Made by a program: the position numbers and the translations under genes | The notes under the pieces: generated by a model | What the model was told of the DNA's origin: nothing | The model's input: the letters and a program-made list of their open reading frames with translations, nothing else | Databases searched by the model: none | Virus record (IMG/VR): IMGVR_UViG_3300033073_001572 | Location: 10,418-74,417 of that record | DNA: 64,000 nt | Strand: one strand, 5' to 3' | DNA from: a virus | Lineage: Duplodnaviria; Caudoviricetes | In this document: in pieces, positions 54,704-63,063 of the stretch | Layout of the letters: each line of letters begins with the position of its first letter | Position numbering within the stretch: position 1 is the stretch's first letter

Positions 54704-56554
54704 CTATACGGCATTACCAACAATGTCATAGTTGGGATATTTAAGTTCAAAAATTCCTCCTGTGGGCGGAGAAATCATACCCTTTGTTGTGTTTTTCATC
54801 AGATCAAACGATGTATCAGAATATTGCCGATCAACAATCTTATTTCTCATATTGTTAAATCGGTATTTTTCAAGTGATATGACACCATCCTGGTTGATAA
54901 TCAGGTTTAAAATATCACTAATGATTATCGGTTGGTCAATTTGTGTGTTTTTAATGTCAAAGTAATTTGAAATTCGCTGGTTAATTCTTGCAATTGTCGT
55001 TGTTTTATCGACTCCAGAATCTAATGCAACGGTGTATGTTAGGCCAAAGTTTATAATTTGTGCATCAAGGATGTCATATGCATCCGATGTAAGTCTAAAT
55101 TCATTGAGATATTTTGCAAGGTTGACCTTTAGTGTGTCAGGTGAAGTTACAAGGTAACCATTTTCATCTCTGCTTATGACATACAAAAGAGATGCAAGAG
55201 GATTTGTCGGGTTAGATGATGTGCTCACCCTGAATACACGCCCAAGGTTAGTGGGCATTGTGTAGACGCGAGAGACAAGATCAGATTTTGTTACAATTCT
55301 GCTTTGTGAATTTCTATTATTTATTGCTATATTTCTGAATTCTTCAATTGATGGCGTGTTTTCTCCGCCGCGAGCTACCTCAAGATTGTTTACTTCGATA
55401 TTAGATCTAATTTGTGCGATCTTTGATACAGGCACACTGACATTAAATTTTGTCTTGAGTGACGTTATTCTTCTTATTGATTTTTCTGCAACATTATGTG
55501 AAATTCCGCCGCCGGCTCTGTAGGTCACTGTCAGTGTTGTATTAGTTGGAGAAACACCTAGACTATTTGTTGCAAGAAGTGCATTTGGATCGATAGCAAC
55601 TCTACTAAATGTCTTTCTATCTCCAAATAGAGGCAAAGCAACTTCACTAGGATCTGGTATGATGTCATCATCAAGGCTATCTGCCTTACCTGAACCGAAG
55701 ACCAAAGTTGTCAATGCTGTGTTAAACGATGTTTTAGTAATAAAACGGTAAGGTGCAGGAATAACATGAATGCTCTCCGGAACTGTAGAGGAGTCGACAT
55801 TAGTGTTCACAACACGCTTAAAGACAACATCATTTGACAATGATGGGACTTCGTAATACTCATTAAGGTCAGCATCAATAACACGAATAATCTCAGAAAC
55901 ATCAGATCTTCCTAGCGTTATTGTCCTAAATGGAATAAATGAATTTGAAATACTAAATTGCTCTTGGATAGTTTCACCTGATGTGCACTGTCCTGCGAGA
56001 TTTAGTGAGTACTGTGTTGGATTTCCGCTATTGTCAGTTTTTAATACCTTGACATCAGCAGCAAGATTTCCTGCAGAATTTCTTTTTGAAAAATCAAGAT
56101 CTTCAACAAGCTCAAAGACAGTTCCATTACCTGCTTGAATTTTTGTTCCAATCTGGATAATAGGTAAATAATCTTCCTTGGGCCTGTATGACCCATTGTA
56201 TAGTTCTGCCTCGACACTAACATAAAAGTTAACATTACAAGAAGCAGGTGATGCTCCTGTTATCTTAACTCCTGCAAGCCTTACCTGACGTTCAATATTT
56301 TTTGGCTCGATGGCTGTTTCTAGGTTTGTCTCATTAAACTGGTGATCGAGGTAGAATGACATCACATCACCAACATATGCAGTCAGCTCATTAAACATAC
56401 CACCCAAAGATGCATCGCCAAAATCTCTAATCCGATCAGGATAGTATTTTGTTGCATAGTTCAAAAGTTCAATTTTAAAACTATCAAAATCTCTATTGAG
56501 ATATGATCTATCTTTCTTTTGAATTAGTGATTTTTTAAGATTGTTTGATGACAT
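54704..56554 (-). CDS. Baseplate wedge protein, T4 gp6 / P2 gpJ-like
   Basis: YLNRDFDSFK, RDFGDASLGGMFNELTAYVGDVMSFYLD, LVFGSG, YRAGGG, ARGGE, QSRIVTKSDL. Confidence 0.9.
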   Translation of the reverse strand: MSSNNLKKSLIQKKDRSYLNRDFDSFKIELLNYATKYYPDRIRDFGDASLGGMFNELTAYVGDVMSFYLDHQFNETNLETAIEPKNIERQVRLAGVKITGASPASCNVNFYVSVEAELYNGSYRPKEDYLPIIQIGTKIQAGNGTVFELVEDLDFSKRNSAGNLAADVKVLKTDNSGNPTQYSLNLAGQCTSGETIQEQFSISNSFIPFRTITLGRSDVSEIIRVIDADLNEYYEVPSLSNDVVFKRVVNTNVDSSTVPESIHVIPAPYRFITKTSFNTALTTLVFGSGKADSLDDDIIPDPSEVALPLFGDRKTFSRVAIDPNALLATNSLGVSPTNTTLTVTYRAGGGISHNVAEKSIRRITSLKTKFNVSVPVSKIAQIRSNIEVNNLEVARGGENTPSIEEFRNIAINNRNSQSRIVTKSDLVSRVYTMPTNLGRVFRVSTSSNPTNPLASLLYVISRDENGYLVTSPDTLKVNLAKYLNEFRLTSDAYDILDAQIINFGLTYTVALDSGVDKTTTIARINQRISNYFDIKNTQIDQPIIISDILNLIINQDGVISLEKYRFNNMRNKIVDRQYSDTSFDLMKNTTKGMISPPTGGIFELKYPNYDIVGNAV

Positions 56555-56557
56555 CTT

Positions 56558-57067
56558 TTAACTCAAATTTGTTAAAGTTACTTCTAAGATTCTATCTTGA
56601 ATGCCAGCAGTCGGGATGGAGAATCGAATAGTCAAGATGACCCTAGAAAAACCATCATTTTTTGGTCTTACCTGTGTTGAAGTGACAGAATTGATAGTGA
56701 TACCAGGCATATATTTGGTTGTAGTCGCACTAATTAAATTTAGAGCCAAACCATCCCAGTCAGGATTTGATGTGCGTTCAGAGAGAATTGAATTTAAATT
56801 TGCACCAAAATCTGGTTTGCAAATGCGCTCACCATAATTTGTCAAAATCATATTCTTAAAATCGTCTATAACACCCTCGACAGGATTATTGGTTGTTTTA
56901 AATGTTGTTCCAACCTGCTGTGGGATCTGTAGGGGTGTTAATATTGAAAAAGGCGTAACATTACTTAATGTTATTTCTGGTGTTGTCTTTACGCGATAGT
57001 CGACAACGCTCCCGCCAGTCTTAAATGACCTTATGGGCTTAGTATTTGTTGTAGATTCTGTTGCCAT
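56558..57067 (-). CDS. Sheath initiator, T4 gp25-like
   Basis: FKNMILTNYGERICKPDFGANL..YMPGITI. Confidence 0.85.
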   Translation of the reverse strand: MATESTTNTKPIRSFKTGGSVVDYRVKTTPEITLSNVTPFSILTPLQIPQQVGTTFKTTNNPVEGVIDDFKNMILTNYGERICKPDFGANLNSILSERTSNPDWDGLALNLISATTTKYMPGITINSVTSTQVRPKNDGFSRVILTIRFSIPTAGIQDRILEVTLTNLS

Positions 57068-57073
57068 CCTTTT

Positions 57074-57081
57074 TAATTATT
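57074..57081 (-). promoter_or_regulatory. Putative late promoter (AATAATTA)
   Basis: AATAATTA-AAAAGG-ATG (6-nt spacing). Confidence 0.5.
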
Positions 57082-57107
57082 CTAAACCTTAGTAGGCATT
57101 GATGACA

Positions 57108-58397
57108 CTATGAACCTACGATTTTCTTAGACTTAATCTTTTGTAGATTGAGATTGATGTCTGCAGATGACTTACCAATTTCAATAAATCTTTCATTATT
57201 AATAGCAGCGACTGCTCCATTAATTGCATCATCACCAAAGGGTGTACCAGGAACTGCTCCTCCTGCAAATGCCGCAACAGCAGCAGATGCTCCAGGACCA
57301 ATTGATGATTGTAATGCACCTAGAATATCCAAAATACTTTGTATTATATTGTTGAATTCATCATAACGAAGATAAGGTTGATCGCTTGACGGCCCATTCA
57401 AATAGACTTTTCCAGACCCAGGTGTAACAAAGATATCACCATTGTCATTAAGAACGACAGAAGAACCATTGTTTCCCTCTACAACAATCGCTACGTCATT
57501 TCTTGCAACGATCCTGTATTTGTTAGTTTTGTTGACTATTACAGGCGCAACCTGCTTTTTGACTGTCTTTTGAGGAAGCTGGATAGAAAATGAATCATCT
57601 GGATTCATGTTCATCGAAATATGAACTCTCGATAGGTCATTAATGAAGTCTAATTTTCCTTCATTTTTATTTTGATCGATAGTCTTGTCATTCTCATCGT
57701 AGCTTCTGTCATTTTGAAATGTTGATGCGCATTTTGTTTTTTCACTTACACCGCGACCTGCAACGATGTCAATCATTCCTGTGTTGGGTTTTTTGTCACC
57801 GTGAGATGTGCTATTACCCAGCAACAAGAGCGTGTTATTTGTTCCCTCAAGAGATAAATCGCTACTAACTCTTGGATACCTCGGAACAACCTCACCTTGA
57901 AAATCTTTTTTATATGTTGAAGAAAGGTCAACTAGCTTATTGTACGCAATTCCACCACGATTTGTGCTTGGAAATTTTCTCGCAGGAATATTTTGAATTC
58001 CAGTAGTCTGTATCGTCTGGATTATATTTGCACTAAAATTCGACCTATCATTGTGTGTATAGTTTGGATCATCTGCAATTTTATCAGAAACTTTTCTTGT
58101 AAGCCAGTATCCAATAGGCTCTGAATGTAGAACGAATATTTGCTCACCTGGTTTTGCAGGCATGGAAATATGGCTTAAAAGTGGATAAAAGATATAAGTC
58201 GTATTATTTTCTGGAAAATCGATATATTTCCCTAGTATTGAGCCTCTTGGCATAATTGGCAGTATATGAGGAGTCAAAACTGGAAATGAATCTTTATATC
58301 TCTCGACGATCTGGCTAATTTCATTTTCATCTGTGACAGGCTCAGGAAAATACTCAATCACTACAGCCGTGTAGAATTTTGACATCTCCATGATCAA
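57108..58397 (-). CDS. Baseplate hub/spike protein, gp5-like (no lysozyme domain seen)
   Basis: N-terminal OB-like YPLLSHISMPAKPGEQIFV..YW; DLSLEGTNNTLLLLG; beta-repeat-like stretch. Adjacent to the gp25- and gp6-like genes. Confidence 0.55.
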   Translation of the reverse strand: MIMEMSKFYTAVVIEYFPEPVTDENEISQIVERYKDSFPVLTPHILPIMPRGSILGKYIDFPENNTTYIFYPLLSHISMPAKPGEQIFVLHSEPIGYWLTRKVSDKIADDPNYTHNDRSNFSANIIQTIQTTGIQNIPARKFPSTNRGGIAYNKLVDLSSTYKKDFQGEVVPRYPRVSSDLSLEGTNNTLLLLGNSTSHGDKKPNTGMIDIVAGRGVSEKTKCASTFQNDRSYDENDKTIDQNKNEGKLDFINDLSRVHISMNMNPDDSFSIQLPQKTVKKQVAPVIVNKTNKYRIVARNDVAIVVEGNNGSSVVLNDNGDIFVTPGSGKVYLNGPSSDQPYLRYDEFNNIIQSILDILGALQSSIGPGASAAVAAFAGGAVPGTPFGDDAINGAVAAINNERFIEIGKSSADINLNLQKIKSKKIVGS

Positions 58398-58774
58398 TCC
58401 TCGAAGTTGTTAATCTTATCAAAAATTGAATCTGTGTCTAGTTCTTTACTGTCTTCTTTTGCGACAAGTTCTGCAAGTTTTAAGATCTGGTCATTTGCTC
58501 TTGACATTCGTTCCAAGTATTTGGCAATAACCGGACCCAGAATGTTGTGATTTGCAGCATTACCTTTTACTTGGATAAGCGTATCAGTAAAAAGAATGGA
58601 AGCATTCTCACGATCTTCTGTAGCATTTTTATAAATTTCAAGCCAGAGAACACGTTTCTTGTCATCAAGATCTTTGATAGTGTCAAGAATATCACCAAAT
58701 TGTGCTATTTTTCTTTCTTTATCTTTGATCTTGTCTAATGCATCTGAATATGCTTCAACAGACTTTTTTGACAT
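58394..58774 (-). CDS. Helical hypothetical protein (126 aa); candidate terminase small subunit
   Basis: Helical pattern IYKNATEDRENA..GPVIAKYLERMSRANDQILKLAEL. The TerS assignment is weak. Confidence 0.55.
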   Translation of the reverse strand: MSKKSVEAYSDALDKIKDKERKIAQFGDILDTIKDLDDKKRVLWLEIYKNATEDRENASILFTDTLIQVKGNAANHNILGPVIAKYLERMSRANDQILKLAELVAKEDSKELDTDSIFDKINNFED

Positions 58775-58781
58775 TTATCAC

Positions 58782-59501
58782 CTAGAAAATATTCATTTTT
58801 GTTACATCACGATAGTGCTTTCTAATCGCTGACATTGATGAAGAGAGCTGCTTAGGAGTAAGATTTGTCATATCTCTAACATAAACAAAGACGGCACGCT
58901 TATTTAAACTATCAAGTGTGTCTGCTCTCTCAAAAAGATTAATGATGCAATCCATGCAGATCTTATCATTTTCATATGTCAAACGTGTCTTGATCTTATC
59001 AAGTGTAATCTTGATGTTGTCAACTGTTTCTCTATAGTTTGATTCTGCAGTTGAAAGTGGATCATGATTATAAATGTCAAATGGCACAATGTCGATCTCA
59101 GACATTATGCCTTTATCTTCTACGCTTACATGTCGGTTTATTTGTTTTTGTCGTTGTCTACTTTTTACTATTATCCAGTTTTTAGCGACAACATTGAAAT
59201 AAGAAAACGCCTTTGTACCTCTTGAATGATCGAATTTCTTTAGTGTCTCATAAAGAAATGTAATGCAGTCATTCTTAAATTCATCAGACATTATGATTGC
59301 TGTCGTACCATGAATAAAAATGAGATTTTCAACAAGCTTGCTAAATGCTGGTAAAATCTCTTCAATATAAATTTTTGACTTCTCATGATCATCTGCAGAT
59401 GCCTGGAATCTTACGATTGCATCATGCGTTCCTGAGTGGAAGTAATACTTGAGGTCATTTTTCTTAACTACTTGTTTCGTCTTTATCGTCTTCTTGACCA
59501 T
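58782..59501 (-). CDS. RNA polymerase sigma factor, gp55-like late sigma
   Basis: Sigma region-2 pattern LVENLI..FKNDCITFLYETLKKFDHSRGTKAFSYFNVVAKNWII. SD GAGGT. Confidence 0.75.
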   Translation of the reverse strand: MVKKTIKTKQVVKKNDLKYYFHSGTHDAIVRFQASADDHEKSKIYIEEILPAFSKLVENLIFIHGTTAIIMSDEFKNDCITFLYETLKKFDHSRGTKAFSYFNVVAKNWIIVKSRQRQKQINRHVSVEDKGIMSEIDIVPFDIYNHDPLSTAESNYRETVDNIKITLDKIKTRLTYENDKICMDCIINLFERADTLDSLNKRAVFVYVRDMTNLTPKQLSSSMSAIRKHYRDVTKMNIF

Positions 59502-59787
59502 CGGTCGTTACCTCTTGCGATTCAGATAATTGTTTTGCAATGCGCAAAATTGTGTCTCTTGTAATAGATATTTCCTGAATCACCTGGCGCACCTCTAACG
59601 AATCAAAAAATACGGGTTTTTGCAGGATTTCACTAAATGTTAGGTATCTTTCATCAAGAAAATCAAGAGACTCATTGATAGAATCTTGAATTCTTAATAA
59701 GATTTTACCGAACTTATATGATGTGTAACCAAAAAATATTGAAACACATAAAAGAACAAGATTAGAAATAATCAGAAATGTCATCAA
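59464..59787 (-). CDS. Single-pass membrane protein with coiled coil (107 aa)
   Basis: N-terminal hydrophobic FLIISNLVLLCVSIFFG segment and acidic tail. Confidence 0.65.
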   Translation of the reverse strand: MMTFLIISNLVLLCVSIFFGYTSYKFGKILLRIQDSINESLDFLDERYLTFSEILQKPVFFDSLEVRQVIQEISITRDTILRIAKQLSESQEVTTDGQEDDKDETSS

Positions 59788-60944
59788 AGAATCTCCTTGA
59801 GTAGCGTGTCATAATCTTTCTCAATCTTGCTTCTAGAAAATTTTGAACGACACGACTCAGAAAGCTCTAATGCCCACTGCTTGGGTGTCTCATAACTGTT
59901 CTTAAACTTTAGAAGACGCTTCTTGAAATCTTCCTCTTTGGGATTGGCCCACTTAGAATTTTCAATAAAAATTCTTCCATCGATCTTGTGTTTTGGAATT
60001 TCAATCATATCATAATCAATTCCAACAAACTTACCAAGATTCATAAAATCTAAGTGACCAGACCACTTAGTTGTAATAACTGGCAAACCAGCTGTAGCAG
60101 CATCGAGAATTGGCAATCCAAAGCCCTCACCTCTTGTAAGACTTATTAATGCCTTGACTGAGGGATGGCGATATAATGACGCAATTTCATGATCTGTCAT
60201 ATTTCCATGAACAACATGGACTTTAGGAAATTGTGTTTTTCTAAAGGCCGCTAACATCTTTTCAAAGATAGCGTGCACATTTTGTCTATCAATGTGTGTG
60301 CCTCGACCTAAATTTGTTTTAATTATGAGGCCAACGTCTCTGTCATCTTTAAATGTTTCACAAAACCATTTAATCGTGTTGATGATGTTTTTTCTATCAC
60401 TCACATCATCGACTGCTGTCATTTGTGAAACCATCAGAAAATTGAATTTTGTAGAAAAATTCATCTTTAGAATATCTGGTAGTGGCGACTTATCTAATGA
60501 CTCTTGATACCACTCATGAACAACATGAATAGGTGTCGTAACATTTCCTGACCTGACAAGCGTATTCTTAACATGCTCGCTGGGAACTATTACAAGATTC
60601 ATCTTGTTAATTGATTCGATCCAGGCAGGTGAACAAATATCTGTCTCGACGCCGGCTGTTACACCAATATTGAATTTAGCAATTGTGTCTGACCATTCAT
60701 CTGGTAATTGGACCTGAAATGAAACATCGAACCCCTGTGCATCATTTGTTGATGTATCCATGATTTTACCCGTCAGACCATCAAAACCTTCTCTGTTGAT
60801 TGACCACGCTGTGTTGCCCCATTGGACAATTTGCGTCCTAACACTTATGTTACTTTGACTAAGAAGGTATTTTAGCACCTGACGTGAATGTTCACCATAA
60901 CCAGAAATGCTCAGAAGCGGTGCTCTTATTACAACGTTTTTCAT
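59784..60944 (-). CDS. Glycosyltransferase (GT-B, GT4-like)
   Basis: SGYGEHSR; donor-binding motif TRGEGFGLPILDAATAGLPVITTKWSGH. Start set at MKNVV (ATG 60944), overlapping the upstream stop. Confidence 0.88.
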   Translation of the reverse strand: MKNVVIRAPLLSISGYGEHSRQVLKYLLSQSNISVRTQIVQWGNTAWSINREGFDGLTGKIMDTSTNDAQGFDVSFQVQLPDEWSDTIAKFNIGVTAGVETDICSPAWIESINKMNLVIVPSEHVKNTLVRSGNVTTPIHVVHEWYQESLDKSPLPDILKMNFSTKFNFLMVSQMTAVDDVSDRKNIINTIKWFCETFKDDRDVGLIIKTNLGRGTHIDRQNVHAIFEKMLAAFRKTQFPKVHVVHGNMTDHEIASLYRHPSVKALISLTRGEGFGLPILDAATAGLPVITTKWSGHLDFMNLGKFVGIDYDMIEIPKHKIDGRIFIENSKWANPKEEDFKKRLLKFKNSYETPKQWALELSESCRSKFSRSKIEKDYDTLLKEIL

Positions 60945-62191
60945 TAGAAACTCCTCACTTCCCAATCACGTCTATCATTCTTCCATGTCTCAATTAGATT
61001 TTTAGCAGATGCATGCCAGTCATCAATAGTCTTTTGATATGAAAACTCTGTTGTTGCGTAATTTCTAACTTTTTTACGTAAGTTTTCTTTCTCAAAATCT
61101 GGCATGTCATAAAGTTTCATGATGCCTTTGGCAACATTCTCTACATTGACATAGTCTTCATAGATATATGGGACAATTTGACTTCCTACGAGGGTCTTTG
61201 TGTCAATATCAAGAGCAACACCATTCTCTGAACCGTCACGGTGGTCAACAACTTGACGTGTGAGACCTCCTGTCTTGGCTGCGATAATTGGTGTTCCTGC
61301 ACTCATTGCCTCAAGAGTACCTAAGCCAAAGCCCTCAGCAAAGCTAATGTTAATGCATGCATCTGAGATGTTGTATAAGACATTCATTTTCTCAAATTCA
61401 ATTCGATCTTTTGAAAATACAACATTATCCATGATCCCAAGCATCTCAGCAGTTGCAATTAGATTTGGGCCTTCTTGATCAAGTGGGTCTGTGTGCATAA
61501 TAAGCGATGCTTTCTTATGCCCATTTGACTTTTGCAGGTCATCTAAGAATAGTTTCCAAGATAAGAGAACATCGCCAGAACGCTTTCTCTTAGCATTCCT
61601 ATTGACCCAAATAGCCGTAAAATGATCAAGTTTATTCTGCCCGAGGATCTCTCTCTTGTATCCCAACCTCACATTCCTATCAAAAGGAAAGAATAGATCA
61701 TCTGGAATTGCATGAGGAATAAAATTAACACGACCTGGATAGTGATCCTTGATCAGCTCATATGTCATATGTGAGTGACAGTTAATCAAGTCTGTTGAAC
61801 GATAGAATGCATCATTAAATGCAGGAAAAGGCCCGTTATCCCAAACATGCCACCATGCGATAGGACAAACTTGATGAATCTCATCTTCCATTTCAAAGAG
61901 CCAAGTAAAGAATCTCGGGTCTGTGAAAATAAGAACAAGATCAGGTTTCTCTGCTGCGAGTGTTACACGAATCAGGTCTCTATTACCAAAACCATCGATT
62001 GGTTTAATGATGAAATCTTCATTTACCATTATCGTTCGATAGTCTGAATGTTTCATGGCAGCGCCGAACTGTCTGAAAGACCATTCACCTTTCTTGATGA
62101 GGCCACTAATTAGATGGCGAGTTTGAGTGCCAACGCCGCTTGTAGAAAGCGCGTGGTCTGAAAGAACTAAAACTTTATATTTCTTATTCAT
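60944..62191 (-). CDS. Glycosyltransferase (GT-B, GT4-like)
   Basis: SGVGTQTR, NRNAKRKR, LYNISDACINISFAEGFGLGTLEAMSAGTPII (E-x7-E). Confidence 0.9.
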   Translation of the reverse strand: MNKKYKVLVLSDHALSTSGVGTQTRHLISGLIKKGEWSFRQFGAAMKHSDYRTIMVNEDFIIKPIDGFGNRDLIRVTLAAEKPDLVLIFTDPRFFTWLFEMEDEIHQVCPIAWWHVWDNGPFPAFNDAFYRSTDLINCHSHMTYELIKDHYPGRVNFIPHAIPDDLFFPFDRNVRLGYKREILGQNKLDHFTAIWVNRNAKRKRSGDVLLSWKLFLDDLQKSNGHKKASLIMHTDPLDQEGPNLIATAEMLGIMDNVVFSKDRIEFEKMNVLYNISDACINISFAEGFGLGTLEAMSAGTPIIAAKTGGLTRQVVDHRDGSENGVALDIDTKTLVGSQIVPYIYEDYVNVENVAKGIMKLYDMPDFEKENLRKKVRNYATTEFSYQKTIDDWHASAKNLIETWKNDRRDWEVRSF

Positions 62192-62215
62192 GCTAGATTA
62201 ATCATATTCACTTTT

Positions 62216-63025
62216 TCACTTGGTAAAAGGCTCAAACTCACCTGAGCCTTTGCAGTGTTCTGTATTTTTGAAATCACAAAACTTGCATGCCGATCTATTT
62301 TTGAAGGCCTTCCCTGCTTTAACTCCATTAATCATTGAATTGACAAGCTTGTCTGATTTCTCTAATGTCTTAGGGCCCGCTGAGACTTCGATGTATTCAC
62401 ATGCTTTGCCTGGCTTGAGGCCACGTTTCAATAGAACAAAACCACACTTGATGTCTTTTGGATCAACCTGGAACTTTTGTGAGCAAAAATTCTTATAAAG
62501 AACAGGCTGGGTTTGGACTAGAGTGTCTCTACGTTTGTCTGCGCTCCAGCCTCTAGGGCCTGCCGTCTTCCAGTCAAGAATCCACAGACACCATTGACCA
62601 CGCTTGTTCTTAGCTTTGATCATGGCATCAACAAATCCTTTGAACTTTATGTCATGTCCTTCGATTTCTTCATAAAGTTCATGTTCTGCAGAAATGCAAG
62701 ACCATTCAGGAAAAGTTTCATCCATGAACTTGGGTACATCTTCAAGGATTTGCTTGCCTTCTTTGACCCAGGATTCGACATTTGATAATGACTTTTCTTG
62801 CCAAACTTTTCTAATCTCGGATTCGAGACGATCAGGATTCATCGCCCTTGTTTTGAGATAATCTTCACACTCTGCGTGAACCGCAGTTCCAAATTCTAGA
62901 TTTTCACTAGGCTTTGAAAGATTGATCTTGTCAATATATAGAAGTTTATGTCTCCAACCGCACTCATGGTAGTTTTTGAGTTCAGAAAAAGAGATATGTG
63001 GTTTGCCTGTTGGGAACGTAGTCAC
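62216..63025 (-). CDS. PD-(D/E)XK nuclease, Cas4/AddB-like with 4-Cys cluster
   Basis: HISFSEL..C, FGTAVH, KGFVDAM, ILDWKT, Q..LY, C-terminal CKFCDFKNTEHC. Confidence 0.85.
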   Translation of the reverse strand: MTTFPTGKPHISFSELKNYHECGWRHKLLYIDKINLSKPSENLEFGTAVHAECEDYLKTRAMNPDRLESEIRKVWQEKSLSNVESWVKEGKQILEDVPKFMDETFPEWSCISAEHELYEEIEGHDIKFKGFVDAMIKAKNKRGQWCLWILDWKTAGPRGWSADKRRDTLVQTQPVLYKNFCSQKFQVDPKDIKCGFVLLKRGLKPGKACEYIEVSAGPKTLEKSDKLVNSMINGVKAGKAFKNRSACKFCDFKNTEHCKGSGEFEPFTK

Positions 63026-63063
63026 ATTAGAATTATATGATTTTTTATAAAATTTACATCAAA

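Noticed and set aside
59464-59787. Holin or spanin call for the membrane protein
   Set aside because: No endolysin or lipoprotein partner is nearby, and a single TM helix plus coiled coil is not diagnostic.
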